From: Andalucia godoyi And28
Taxonomy: Eukaryota; Protista; Jakobida
Reading direction: 5' to 3'
NCBI GenBank assembly: GCA_009859145.1
Contig: VRVR01000011.1
Span: 268,026 to 332,025 of the forward strand
DNA: 64,000 nucleotides
Shown here: one piece after another, positions 10,590 to 24,100 of the stretch
How the letters are laid out: each line of letters begins with the position of its first letter
Position numbering within the stretch: position 1 is the stretch's first letter
Position numbers and translations under genes: made by a program
The notes under the pieces: generated by a model
Told to the model about the DNA's origin: nothing
What the model saw: the letters and a program-made list of their open reading frames with translations, nothing else
The model's database searches: none

Positions 10590-13331
10590 ATGTCGCAGTC
10601 CACTCCAAAAGTCGTGGTGACTGATCGGCCGCTTTCAGTGCAGAAAAAGGTATGTGTTTTGCTTTGTTGTTTTTGTTGTTCGCATCCTCCTGCTCCGCGA
10701 TCATGTTGCTCAGTTTTATGTTTTCTATGCATTATCATTTCGACATTCCTGTTTGTTTTTGTAATATCGACCCCAGTGGAGAGATCGTACAAGCGCGTCT
10801 CCGGCCCCCGCAGTCTCAAACAGCACGAGGACACACGGTCATAATAATAATGACTCGTCTATTCCAGGTGAAAAGACTTCTGTTTCTCCTACTCGTAACT
10901 CGGCTCCATTGTATGTTGGTATCCTTCCTTTTTTTGTTTCTGTTTTCGCTATTTATCTGTGGTTTCCAAGCTATTTACATTGTTTTGATTTCAATTGTTG
11001 CTTTTTCTTTTATTTCGGAATTGATACAGGAAGGAACGATCGTCTGGATCAACATCTCCACACTCGACATCGGCGACAGGTTCAGCAACATCTCCGGGAA
11101 TGAATCAGCATGTGGAAGCAGCTCCGCGAACTCCAGTTCTAAACAGAAAAGGCAATCCCTCGCCATCGCCGAATCTGACAACGGTCCGATCTCCGCTAAG
11201 GGCTGCCCAGGAGCAAGCCGACCTTGCTGAAAAATCGCTTGCTCGCGAGCGCCGCAAGCTGCTGGAGCAGATGCGACTTCGTGCTCTCCACGACTTGCAA
11301 GTTCTGACAGATATTGAAGTTCTGACAAAGTCTTCTTCGTCTTCTGCATATGTTTCTGGGCCAGGAAGCGGCAGCAGGCCTGCTTCTCGATCACGGATGT
11401 CTGTTTCTTCTTCTCGGAAGAGCTCCGTCGATGACTCGGCGCAGAATGCGTCGATTGGAGAAGATGAAACTGGTGCGTTAAATTGGGGGAGTGAAGAAGC
11501 GGAGAGACGGGAGAAGGTGAGGAAATTGCGAGAAGAAAGTGTGGCGAGGTTGAAGGATCAGACGGACCAGGAGCTTGATGTTCTGGACCAAATGAACAGA
11601 GAGTTTGATGAACAAGACCATGACCATCTGAGAGCAACCTTGCGCCCGTCGTCTGCGACAACAAGTCGCAGATATTCCGATGTGCAGCGCAGGTTTGACA
11701 AACCGTGTGAAAAGATGGAGACGCAGCGTAAGCAGTCTGTAGAGCGCAGAAGGCAGATGCAACACAATGAGACTGAACAACGTCGAAAGGAAATCGAGGC
11801 AAAGGCGGAGGTTGGGCGAAGACTGGCAGCAAGGCCTTCATCTGCTTCCAAGGCACTCAAACAGGCTGTACCGTCCAGATTCATGCAGGTTTTTGAAAAA
11901 CAGGCTCAGGACAAGATGGCGTTTTTAACTCCAAAGGAAAAGATCATGCTTGACCGCCAGGAGAGAATCGATAAGATCAATGCCATGGTCAGTGTGAATG
12001 GCTCGAGAAGTACCAGCCTTGTGCATTCACCGGATCAATTAGCCGGAGCGCAGTCTCAGTCTCAGTCACCATTGAATACCTCCGGTCCAGAAGGAACGCT
12101 GCTGCGTGGAATGTCGAGTGCAAGCATCACGAGTGCAGGGAGCATCACGCACTCGTCTCTGATGGCATCCATTCAACTTGCAGTCAAGCGGATTGATCCA
12201 AAGGTCCAAAAGGAAGTTCCTCCGTCGGCGACTGCGTCATTGGCAAAATTCAAAAGTCCTGCGCCTGCTGGATCAGCAACGAAGAAGCCTTCGTCTGCGG
12301 TGCAGGCATCTGCGACACGAACATCACGCCCGCCGCCTATTTCTGGTCCTTTAAAGGTTAAGCGACTTGATTTGACCATTCTGGACAGTCCCGAAAAGGA
12401 TGGCGAGCAGAAGAACCAGCATGATGTCCACTCTCAGCATCATCGTCATCCGCACGCGGAGACCCAACAACAGCACATCCACGGTGAATGCCAAGGAGAT
12501 CGACCCGAAACCCAAACCGCGTCTGCTGTCCTCGGAGTACCAGCTGCTGATGAGGTGGAGGAACCGAATGAATCTATGATTGCACATGATCCTTCTTCGT
12601 TCTCCCACGAAAGCTCGGTATTGGCAGTGGACGCTTCTGCAGTTTTAGATGGCCCTGTCGACGATTATCCGAATCAATCAGGAAGTGAGGTCCATACGCC
12701 GGCAACGATGCCTAAAAGCGTCAGTCCAAACCCACAAATGAAAGCGGAAGCTGTGGATGAAGGTATTCAAGTGACTCAGCCGAGCTTGTCTGTATCCGAG
12801 CTCATGGAAGAAGTCCGAGAGGAACATGAGCGCGAAATGTTGCAACATCAAAATCAAAAACGTGTTCCTGGAACGCCGTTGCGAGAAACAAGGCAGTTCT
12901 TGAAAGAGTTGTATGAACAACACGCATTTCTTGATCGACCTGCCAATTTGAACTTGGATTCTCCGCGGACTCCGTCGTCAATTGTTGTGGATCCGATGGA
13001 AACGGAAATCGATCGACTCATCAAGGAAAAAAAGAACTCCAATGCAAAGTTTGACCAAAGTCAACACTCATCGTCTTCCACTGTCGCGCAGCCGCAGCCA
13101 CAATCACAAGGCGGCGCATCGCTGCATGTGAACACATCACTGGATGATGCACATCTGGATGTTGACGCGCTGATTCAGGCGCGAAAGAAACAGATGCAAC
13201 ATTCGACGACTTCTAACGGTTCTCATGTGATTCTCCCCGTCACAGATCAGGAAAAGGATGATATCGACGACGTGATTCAGCGTATGCTCCAGGAAAAGAT
13301 GCGGGAACAGCAAGCCGCCCGGAATGCCTAA
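10590..13331 (+). CDS. Hypothetical coiled-coil/low-complexity protein, multi-exon
   Basis: Exon 1 is 10590-10649 with a GTATGT donor. Short middle exon(s) follow. The main exon runs from ~11029 and is in frame with ORF 11100..13331 (743 aa). Confidence 0.75.
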
Positions 13332-13453
13332 TCAGAGATTGATGTGCAATGGATGCTTGTCCGCGTGATGTGTGAAATTTGCCATTTGTTCCATTGTCAC
13401 CGCCATGCGAGTCTACTTCATACGTCAAATGCAATCCTATTTACTGGATGTTG

Positions 13454-14574
13454 TTATCCGAGAGCCAAAGACTGTACAATTGAAGGAGAAGGAGCAAATC
13501 CAGAACTGCGGCGCAGGTGCGCCCAAGACCCGCTGCGAACAGTCCTGCTCGGCGTCACCGTTGCAATAGGAGATCTGGCATCTTTTGGAATCTTACGCTG
13601 CCTACCCGATAAAAACTCCGCATACGCCCCTTCGGAAGATACAGATCCGCTTCGATACAACCTGCCAGGCATACCGAACTCCACCGAAGAAAGCGAGGAC
13701 GTCGGAGTGGACGGATCGCTCAAAGGGAAACCAAAGGAATCAACTACACCGGATGCTTGAAGTTGAGAAGTGTTGATCTTGTCAGACTTTGGAGAAATCG
13801 GGTCGAGGTTGTTGGCGAGAGTCAGAAGCCATAGCCAAACATCGACAATCTGCTGACGCGACACAAATAGCATCGTCACAAGTCCCATTAAGCCAGTGAT
13901 GACCCACAAAAACTGTTCGACAATTGCGGTTCGATCAACTGGGTCCAACGAAACCCACTGATAACGAACGTCAAACGATTTCGGAAGCATCGACGACGCT
14001 GTGTTTGCAGCAACATCGTCGATATCTAAAGCCACAAGAAGCAAGGAGAAGATTATGTAAGTAACAAAATTCCACAACGATAACAACAAATTCTGCAGGT
14101 GCTAAAAACATACAGGAAGGCTCAAGAGAAAGCTTGGAAATCTTTCCAGTGGTATAGTACAGAGTGATTGTGAGAACGGACAAGATTTGACCATCTCCAG
14201 AACTGATGGTTATCCACGGTGTCTGTAACGTCTCGGTAAACCACAATGCAAATCGAGTGGTCTGGTATATTCTGAATTGCATTCCATCAAATCCTTGAAT
14301 GTGAACATGAGAATCTTCTCCAAATCGCGGAGCTAGTCTGGAATCCAAGGGACTCCAATGTTGGACAGCCTTAACAAAGCGAACGAAAGCGGAAGTTGAA
14401 AGGGATAAGAAAATCATCTGCAAACGCAAACACATGAAGCGACCGAGAAAAGAAACATACTCCTGCATATTCAACGCGCTTTTTTATGGACAATGCTTCT
14501 CTGAACTCAAATGCGCATGCAGAGTACCACAAGAAGAACATTGAAATTAGAAACAACATATTCGTGTTGGACAT
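13454..14574 (-). CDS. Hypothetical membrane protein with signal peptide, about 3 exons
   Basis: MSNTNMLFLISMFFLWYSACA exon, then a 43-nt GTATGT..TTTGCAG intron in phase with ORF 13971..14474. A further splice is needed to reach ORF 13454..14089 (two TM segments and a Ser-rich tail). Confidence 0.55.
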
Positions 14575-15071
14575 GTTTTTTCTGCGTCACGAATTGAAAT
14601 CTTTTCCTATTCTACAAATGCTACCATCCATGAAACTGGGAGTGAAAAAAACCACGAACAGTGCAATCTGCCAGCGGGTCCGTATGCTGTGGAAAGTATC
14701 AAAAAAAAAATCGCAACTTGCAAGAAAAAGAAAAATCCGGAGTCCACGGATTCGGCAGCAAAAAAAAAGGGAGTTGGAGCTGTTTCCTCACTGCAGATTT
14801 GAGGCTGCCGTGTGGGCTGCCGGATCTCGGACAGTGAATGCATCTGATGTAGGCGCCACCAACTGAGCTGCTCAAATCAAAAAAGATTCCCCCCGCCACG
14901 CCACGCCGCAACGCACATGACAAAAACGATCTTTTTGATTGCTTTGTTTGATGTTCGGGTTTGTTTTTTTTGAAACTCCGAAATTTGCGCTTTGCTCGCA
15001 GAACCATCCTAGTTCCCTCAAGAGTCTTCATTTTCATTGAATTTTGTTTCTCGTAAAGCAGGGTCAAAGGC

Positions 15072-16529
15072 ATGTCACAGTGCACAAAGAACGACGATTT
15101 ACTTTCTGGAAAGCAGGCATGGATCGCTTCTGCTGCCGATTATAATGGAAATGAGCCAGATTCTGAGCTTCCATTCATGATTTCAATGTTTAAACAGACA
15201 ACAGCGTCTCATTTCACACGATGGAATCCAGGTCTTGACGCTGCCAACTTGTCGAACGGCAGCATTCGGTTTGGGGGGGATGCGCGAGCGCGCTTGTTCA
15301 AACTGGGAAAAGATGTTGTGTATCTGAATCATGGGTCCTATGGTGCGTGCCTGTGGCCATGCGTGGAACGCCAGCGATGTCTACAGGAACTGCAGGAGGA
15401 AAATGGAATCCGGTTCATGGAATTTGTGCCTCATGCATTGAAACGTGTCACGAAGAGAATTGCAAACTTTGTGAACGGAAAAAATGGAAAGATTGCGCTG
15501 TTGAGAAACGCAACCATGGCTTCGAACGAGATCTTGCGGTCTCTATCGGTACGTCTTGCGTTATGCCCTCAGGATGAAATTATGGTGTTTTCCTTTGGAT
15601 ACGGTGCTGTCAAGAATACTGTGCATTTCGTAGCCGAAAGCGCTGGCTCCAAAGTGTGTCAGATTCGGTGCCCCATTCCAATTCCAGATGACGATACATT
15701 GGTTGGGATGTTTGAAGAGCACATCAAGAAGACCACCACGAAGATTGCCGTTTTTGATCACGTGGTTTCTGGGACTGCAGATATCTTGCCAGTAAACAGA
15801 CTGGTGGATGCATGCAGGCGACATGGGGTTGTATCGGTTGTGGATGGCGCACATGGAATCGGTTTGCTTCCTCTAGACCTTGATGATGATTTGAAACCTG
15901 ATTTCTACTTTTCGAATTGTCACAAGTGGTTAATGGCGCCGAAAGGAACAGCGTTTCTGTACGTCAGGGATGGTGCAGGTGCAGTTGTCAGCGATGCTTC
16001 GGCCGCTGTTCATCCGACTGTTATCAGCCACGGATACCGATTCTCGTTTGATTCCGAGCATCTTTGGACCGCCACGGATGACTACACTGGAATGATAGCT
16101 TTGGAAACTGCACTCGATGTTTTCGATGCCTTTGGCCCTCAGTTGATCATGCAACATAACACGACACTCGCCAGAAGTGCGGGAGAGATGCTTGTCGCGG
16201 CTTGGGAAACGGGATTATTGTCTCAAACACCAGATTCTCGGTATGCTGCTATGGTAGTTGTGCGATTACCAGACTATGTGAAGAACTGGTACATGGAATC
16301 GTATCTTCCACAGCATACCTTGGAGCAGTTCACCGCTCCGCAGGCAGCAGAGACGTTCCGAATCGACTATCTTCGATCGAAACATCACATCGAAATTCCT
16401 GTCCTTTGTTATGAGGTCTCTGGGCCGTGGTACGTGCGACTTGCTGCGCAGATTTATCTGGAGCTATCGGATTTTGAGAAACTGCGTGACGTCATCCTCG
16501 ATATCAAGACCCTGAGGAAGGAAGCGTGA
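15072..16529 (+). CDS. PLP-dependent class V aminotransferase-like lyase (Egt2 / L-cysteine desulfhydrase / isopenicillin N epimerase family)
   Basis: YLNHGSYG, FDHVVS, VDGAHGIG and FSNCHKWLMAPKG (PLP lysine) motifs. Confidence 0.9.
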   Translation: MSQCTKNDDLLSGKQAWIASAADYNGNEPDSELPFMISMFKQTTASHFTRWNPGLDAANLSNGSIRFGGDARARLFKLGKDVVYLNHGSYGACLWPCVERQRCLQELQEENGIRFMEFVPHALKRVTKRIANFVNGKNGKIALLRNATMASNEILRSLSVRLALCPQDEIMVFSFGYGAVKNTVHFVAESAGSKVCQIRCPIPIPDDDTLVGMFEEHIKKTTTKIAVFDHVVSGTADILPVNRLVDACRRHGVVSVVDGAHGIGLLPLDLDDDLKPDFYFSNCHKWLMAPKGTAFLYVRDGAGAVVSDASAAVHPTVISHGYRFSFDSEHLWTATDDYTGMIALETALDVFDAFGPQLIMQHNTTLARSAGEMLVAAWETGLLSQTPDSRYAAMVVVRLPDYVKNWYMESYLPQHTLEQFTAPQAAETFRIDYLRSKHHIEIPVLCYEVSGPWYVRLAAQIYLELSDFEKLRDVILDIKTLRKEA

Positions 16530-16932
16530 CAGCGGGACACATTTAAACTTGGTGGGGAAAGGAATACTTCGTTGCTCTGAACAATCATGAACAATTTTAC
16601 TTGCTGCCGGAGTTCGTCAAGTGCCATCCGCAAATCGTGGTCCGTTGCTGCGCTTTTCCACGATTGCATCATGTAGGTGCATCGGAATCTACTGTTCAAG
16701 CATTTCCAATTCAAGACGAACTGCCGACAAAACTGTACAGTATTTGTTAAAATCGGATCGGATCTCAGTCGCTATCAGTTAGTATTTTCCTCGTGTAAAG
16801 CATTTGCAAAGAGATGAGGATCCAAAGAAACCGTCAGAACAATGAAGAAATCGAAGAACGTTGGATCACCGTAGGCCTGCAAATGGAGAAGAAGAGGAGG
16901 AATAGGATAGATTAACAGAGACCAGATGGACC

Positions 16933-17286
16933 TCAGGAACGTCGTGGTGCTTGGGGAAAGTCACGAATTCCGTGAACTCCTGTTGGTTTCTGGCTGGAAC
17001 TAGAACCAGATCCGTTTGAACTGCTGCCAGAAGCGGACGTTGTGCTTTCTGATTTGTGATACAACGCAAGGACACCCATCAGTACAACAAACGCCAAAAG
17101 ACCAGGAATTCCAAAAAGGAGGCCAAAGACGACTGCAACTGCAAGAACTTGCCAAAACTTGACTCCTTCTCCTAAGGATGAGATCTCGGTCGTCAAGACA
17201 CCCCCGCCAGCGGGAAAACTTCCCCCAGCTCCGCTTGGGCTCGATGGATTATCTGGGACAACAACACCATTCACAATTCTTGGCAT
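16933..17286 (-). CDS. FAM241/DUF4605-like small membrane protein
   Basis: MPRIVNGVVVPD N-terminus and an LLFGIPGLLAFVVL hydrophobic hairpin. Confidence 0.7.
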   Translation of the reverse strand: MPRIVNGVVVPDNPSSPSGAGGSFPAGGGVLTTEISSLGEGVKFWQVLAVAVVFGLLFGIPGLLAFVVLMGVLALYHKSESTTSASGSSSNGSGSSSSQKPTGVHGIRDFPQAPRRS

Positions 17287-17619
17287 GATGGGCTAAGCCA
17301 GGTTCAGCAATAAAAGCATCCAGAAGAAAATAAAACGGGAACACGTCGTTCCATTGTGAAACGCACAGCTGAACATCCGACAGATCACAGAACGGCAAGT
17401 AGAATTTAACTGTCATTCTTGAGTCGAAAACTTGAAATCGTGCTCAAGTGCCGTTGAATAATAACACGTCATTGTCACGCATACAGAAAGTATCCACAAA
17501 ACAAAGTACAGTCGGTAAAATGTCTGTTGTTTGAATGTTTTTTGTTCGTTGATTCTTCATGCGGCAGAAAAAAATGAAAAGACACACGCAACGTCTCTGT
17601 CGGACTTTCGTCTTTCACC

Positions 17620-17817
17620 ATGTCTCTCTGGCGGGCAAACCTGCCTCTACGACGTCCTGCTGTGAGCCTGGAAGAGATTTTTGTCCAGCGTCAGAGACTC
17701 TCCATTTCTCGGAGGATTCCTCGTGCTGATGAGGGAAAGATACGGGCGACAATGAAAAAGACAACAAAGCTTGCAGAATGGCTCGAACGGCGGGGTGCAA
17801 GGACAATGCAGAGATGA
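17620..17817 (+). CDS. Possible small basic protein (65 aa)
   Basis: Starts 333 bp head-to-head from the FAM241-like gene; Arg-rich, presequence-like composition. No family recognised. Confidence 0.25.
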   Translation: MSLWRANLPLRRPAVSLEEIFVQRQRLSISRRIPRADEGKIRATMKKTTKLAEWLERRGARTMQR

Positions 17818-20800
17818 CCATGAAAAGCGAGGATAGTTGTGAGTTGCCCAAAACATTCGTTCCTAATTGCTCGCAAAACGACGCTCCGGGTCATCAAATC
17901 CTGAGAATTTCGAAAAGAAACACAGATACCGCAGGAAAAACGTACAAGGAAAAGCAAGACGAAACAGAAAATATGAAACACAGGGCTGTGCCTGGGATCT
18001 AATGCGGCGGAGACACTGAACATGCTAGCGATGAATGCTAGAACAGGTGCGTGTGCGCGAAATGACGTGCCAGGGGTTGTATTTCATATTCTGGTCTGGA
18101 ATGGAAAAAACACCAGCGAATGCACCGCTTTCAAGAGGTCGAAATGCAAGAGATGGAATCAATGAATCGCTGTTTTGCCTGCTATTGGAACAGATAAAGG
18201 TCGGGTTTTGGATTCGTGTGCGGAAAGACGAGAAGCATCGTAAATGTGGACATCAAATACAGCAGTGGAGAGAACAGACTTTGTTATTCGCAGCCCAGAC
18301 ATTTCCTGAGTATTCGTAAGTGTTAAAATCGAACAACAGAAGAGAAAGATAGCTGAAAGACAACAATAGGGAACGCTGTGCGGGAGACCGTACAAATGAC
18401 AGGTCTCTGATGCCTGAGACAAAAACAAACGAAAAGAGTCAGCTGCCTTGCCAAGAATCAGAGATGTTCGAATGAATCCACTAATCCTTGGACGACCACA
18501 CTGCAGCAAGCCACTTTCGAATCGTCGGAGTGAAATACCAGCTCTGACGAATACGATGGATAAGATGTTAGTTTGATTTCTCACTGCCATCAAAACTGTG
18601 AATAACGTTCTGGTTATGATGTCCACCTGTGCACAAAGAGATAACAATACGGAACGGCGCAAAATGTTCAGACGTGAGAATTGAATCCAGCACCATGGCA
18701 ACACAATGCGCGACATGTCGGAATCGCATCAATCGTTTGTTTCAGGAATTAGCAAAGAATATCGGTTCACGAACATTTGCAGGAAACTATACTGCTTCTC
18801 GATAAGAGCATTCGGAGTCCTTTCCACATGCTTCGCAAATCCCACTGAGAAACATTATTCCTGGAAACACAGCTTGTCCGAATAGAATCATATTAAGACG
18901 GGCCTGACAAAAATGATCGTGTCGTTTTCGTTTAATGTGTTCAAACGTCTTGGGAAAAAAAAACTGATAATGAGAAAGTCATCTCCCATTTCCGGATGCC
19001 AGAAGCCATTCCTTGTGCATCCATATTATCGATGTTTTCATTTTGACACCGCTAGTTATTACCATAAGTATTCTTCGTTCTCCAGCAAGTTTCAACACAT
19101 CCGCATTTTTTTGTGCTAAACGGAAGCTGGGTGAAACCGTGATCCGAAATTTGCCTGTGCCAACGGTTCCTGTGCCCGTTGATGCAGGGGCGCTAGATAC
19201 TCCGTCACCGTCAATGGCTCGTAAGACTGATCTTTTCACAAGAACAGCCTTGTTCATTGTTGACTGCTGTGAGTTATCTTGGCTGAGAGGTGAACATGCA
19301 TCAGAACTGCAACTGGTGCGATGCAACATTGTCGGCTCAGGCACCATGAACTTTCCTTTCAACAAACATCTTTTTTCCACAACTGTGAGATTGTCTTTGT
19401 GCGATGGTGTGTTCGTTGTCCCGACTACTGCGGCATCTTACTGCTGCAAAAAAATATATTAAACTTGTTGCAACAACCGTTTTTCTGTGAGTCTTACGCA
19501 AATTCAGACTTTTGATAGTGGGAGATATATCATGCTCTCGTTGATATCAGCAGCGAAATCCGCGTGGATGCGGGTGATACTCCGTAACGGCAACGATCCC
19601 GTCGGGTCGGAAGCATTTCACGCCCCGTTCCGTGTGTACGAATCGTTTCAGTGTGGATTCCATTACACGTCAGTTTTCCAGGTTTGTTTAAGCGGGCAGC
19701 AGATATTGTCCGCGCCCGCAATCAGCCTTCCCGGAACATAACTGCCCTGCAACCTCTATCTCGACCCACCTGCGTAAAGAATCAAAAACCTTTTCTTTGG
19801 CCCAAAATAACAACTATGTACAAGATTAGCCAACAAAAACACCAACATAAACGATATGAAAAAGTCACTCAAAGAAGTAGAACTGAAAACGAGACAGAAT
19901 GAATGCCCCCTGATTCACAAAATGTTGAATTATCTTAAACATCCACGAGTCGTAGTCTTGGTCTCTGCATTCTTGATGCAGAGAGCATCGAGCGCCCGGG
20001 AACTTGCCGTATTCAAACAAGAATGAAGAATGTACTGTATGTTTATCCGCCGCTTCTTCAATCCCTCGAAGAGTATGGAGAAACAGAGTTTCCTTGCGAC
20101 TTCTGAAGGATCGAACCGACGCACAGCAAAAGCCGTTTCTTCTTGCTTCTATTGCAGAACGGAAGATAGTCCGTGCCAATCAAGAAACACCAGAATGGGT
20201 TTTGTGTGGTTGCAACCTCTGGACTCGCAGTTTACAATGTTCCATCTATCGATAGATTGACAGGGATTAGGAACTGCCGTCCACACAGCTTTCGAAACCC
20301 CAAAGAGTTACAGCAATCCATTGGAACGAACCACGCCTTCGCCATCGCCATCGCCACTAAATGCTATGACGCAATCATGTGGAGTGTCGGACCATAGAAC
20401 GTCTCAGATGACTTTGATGCTGATGCCATAATTCGAAGAGGACCTATATTGAAAGTGAATTGCAGAGCAGCAAGCGGAAATTCATTGGGCCGGCAGTTTC
20501 GAGAACTTGAGCTGCGTCGATACGTTCTTTTTCTTCTTTTTTTGAAGCCCCCCCGTAATCCAGACGGAACAACGAACTCTTCCCAGACGATGAAGACGCC
20601 ATCTCAAGAGTGTCGAACCACACAGACATCTTTTAAAGATCCGCCGGACATTGTCGGGCTGCTGTCTGTATTCACTTTAATCTTTTCTGCTCTCGCAGAA
20701 GCCATCTGCCGTTTCTTTTTCCTCGAAGTTGCCTCAGTTATTACGGATCCGCCGTTCATATGAAGGAAAATGTAGGAAGAATCTCCATGCTCAAGAGCGC

Positions 20801-21138
20801 AGAGTCCCAGACTTGCGGTCCCTTCTCTTATGCGGTTTGCTTGTACGTTTTTTCCTTCATTTGTGAGAATGGGAAAACCAGAACAGGGTGACTTGTCCTG
20901 TCGACCACCATCATTCCTGTCTGCTGCGACATGGATCCAACGATTCCATCAATTTCCTCCGAAATAGAAAATGGTAGAAAATCGTTTGCAACCACAGTTG
21001 TGAACCAGATTTCCTGCAAAAAGAAACGACACTTTTTCTCACCCGTTTCCCCCCTTTTGTTTTCCGAATGGCTGATGATTACTTCTTTTTCCCTTCAGTT
21101 ACGCAGCCATCACAAATTGTCGCACCCGATTATTCTAA

Positions 21139-24100
21139 ATGAGTGCTCCAGTTGCGGAAATGGTTTCCCATCGTGACCGATTTTCAAGACTGCTGTTAGA
21201 TCCTTCAGAGTATTTGTTTGCCAGCTATCCGTGCGCTGTCAACAAGATCGTTCTGCAATGGAAGAAAGGACCAAATGGAGTTGACCAACGTGTGGAAAAG
21301 AAACAAATTTTTCCTGGAAAGTTACTCGTTGGGACAAGAAACCTATATTTTGCTCCAGACTCAGATTTGCAACCGGTTGCAAAGATTTCTCTTGTCGGTG
21401 CACGAGTGAATCTCATTCAGCAGAAGAAGGAGGAACTGCTGGGTGTGGAATCCTCTTATATTGTGAATATCGGACGCAGATCTGCGCCGACCGGTTTTCG
21501 AACTGATGTCATTCAATCTAAGGAAGTTGTTATCTTTGCCCTCCACGAAGTGTCAGTTCCACAGATGGTCTCATTTTTGACGGAAATTATTGGATTTGCT
21601 ACTGCAACAGAGACCATGACGGAAGTGGAAGCGTATATGGCCAACAAGCATGGTCGAATCGAGTTGCTAATAGCCGAATACGAAAGAACAATTGAGTCGG
21701 ACACGTTTGTGGAAGCCTTCATTTCCGACCAGCGAAAGCCAATTGCAGAATTCCGAGCTTGTTTGCAGACTTTGGAAGGGAAAGAGCCTGGTGTACTCAT
21801 GGTGACTCCAACCCACGTCGTGTTTCAACCGTTTGTGAACTTGTCTGCCGCAGGCTCTGTGATCCTTCCGCATTCATGCATTTCGCGACTTCTTCCGAGG
21901 ACACATGCGTACAGACATTGTGCGCTCGAAATGTTTGTTTTGGAAGGTGCCACTGTGCTTCCGCATACTTTCCATTCAACTGAAAACTTCATCAGCTCTG
22001 CCAGCCCCTTCGCCTCCTTTGATCGCATCATTTCATTTGTGTTGCAGGATCGCAAATCCAGAGACCAGCTACTTGCTATTTTAAGGTCTGGAACGTCAGT
22101 TAAACTACCGAATTTAAGACCGGAAGTCTCGTTACAAGACGTTACGGATATGTGGATGAATGATGGACTGTCAAATGCAGAGTACATTCTGGAATTGAAC
22201 TTCCGCGCCGGAAGGTCCTTCAACGACATCTTGTCTTATCCGCTGTTTCCGTGGACGGTTATGATGGCATCCTCCTCGAAGGATGATTTTCGAGATTTTG
22301 GCAGCAGTTTGTGCGCTGGAGACGCCACGGATAACGGGAATCGAGAATGGCCTCTGCATGTTCACCCCGCCTTCATTTGCTCCATGTTTTCGCGCACAAT
22401 TCCCGAATTGGAGTACTCTTATACACAACTTTTCCCTTCATTTCCTTCTCTGGAATCTGTTCCACAATTGCTGCTCTCCCTCAAGTCCACAAAGGACGAG
22501 AAAGGCAGGACTAGGGACTATCGACTTCGAGGATTGGAAAGCTGCGCTGAGTTTTTCCTTGGTTCCGGTGCGTTCTTGGTATCCACAAGTGCTCCAAAAG
22601 GCGTGGAACTCCCGTCTTGGTCGCGATCTCCTGCAGAGTTCGTTCGATCCCATTTGGCAATTCTTAATTGTCGACAGGTTAGTTCTGCACTGCCTGCATG
22701 GATCAATTTGGCTTTCGGGTGCGAACAGAAGGATGCAGTTTTTGATGCCGACAAGAACAAAGTCGTGAATTTGCGATCACTTCCTTGTTTTGAAGGATCC
22801 TATGATTCTGAAAAGGCCTTTACTCCGTACCAGGAGATTGTTACATTCTCGACTCTTCTGGAAACTGGGTGCTTGCCGGACAGGATTTTTGACACGCTTC
22901 ATCCCACAATGTTTTTCCGAAAATCCTCCGTTCATGTCGGAGAAAAGACTCCGAAGAATCGATCTTCTTTAACCTCTGTCAGCAACATTTTCGACGCGGG
23001 TTATCAAGTGTCTGGAAATGACTCATACTCCAGAGACATTTCGAAAATTTCGAATGAGAGAGATGCGGCTGTTGAACGCGCCAATGTTCTTTCGCTGAAT
23101 CTTTCTGCAGTTCAGGGGGACAGGGATGCCGTCGTGGAGAAGGCAAACTTACTGTCGCAAGCACTGTCAAATGCAGAGCGAGACTTCTGCACAAAGGAGG
23201 CTGAGCTGAAGAATCAAATTGCGTCGCTTTCTTCCGAGAATGCTGCTTTGATAGAGCGACTGTCTGTCTCACAAGCGCAGTTGGCTGCTTCGATCGCATC
23301 CAGGCAAGCAATGGAAAATGAGCTTGGAAATGACCGTCTTAAGTTTTCTAATGAGTTAGAGAGACTGCAACAACAACATGTTGAGCAAATGGAGACTGCA
23401 GAGGCGCAGCATGCTGCAGACGTATCGTCACTCAATGACCTACGATCCAAGTCTGCTGCTACTTTTGAGGCAGAGAAGGCAGCTCTGATGAAGCGTCACG
23501 CCGAGGATGTCGCACTTCTCCATCAACAGAATGCTGACAAGACAAAAGAAGCAGAAGCAAACTGGTCTGCTCAGCTTGCTTCTCTGGTAGATTCGCATGC
23601 TGCCGAGAAGGCCAGTATTCAGCAAGATCATGCCTCTTTACTGGAGAAATTGAAGGCGAGTCACGCAGCAGAACTGCAATCTGTGAAGGATGACCACATG
23701 TTGCAATCCCAGCAACTAAAAGACGTGCATACATCTGAGATCCAGAATCTTCGCTCCTCCCTGTCTACGGATGGTTCTCGTGTTCAATCCGAACTCGAGG
23801 AAAATCGAAGATCCATTGTGCAACTTCAGGCTGAAGTCGACGAAAAGAAGAAGACGATCTCAGATCTGTCCTTAAAACTGGTAGCAATCGATTCTGAAAC
23901 TGCAAGGATGAAGAACGAGGCTAGAGTCGAAAAGGAGGAGACCGACCGTATCATTCTCGATTTGACGAATCAAAAGGAAGACAGAGATGCAAAAAATTCA
24001 TTGTTGCAAACTGATCTGCGTTCTTCACAATCCAAACTGTTGATTTTCGAGGAAGAAGTGCAAAGATTGAAGGTAGAGGTGCAGCAACTGCAGGAAGATC

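Noticed and set aside
18159-18850. Stop-codon readthrough or alternative genetic code (in-frame TGA/TAG between protein-like segments here and at ~20.6 kb)
   Set aside because: All conserved genes translate cleanly with the standard code and use TAA, TAG and TGA as stops; the fragments have no recognisable homology.
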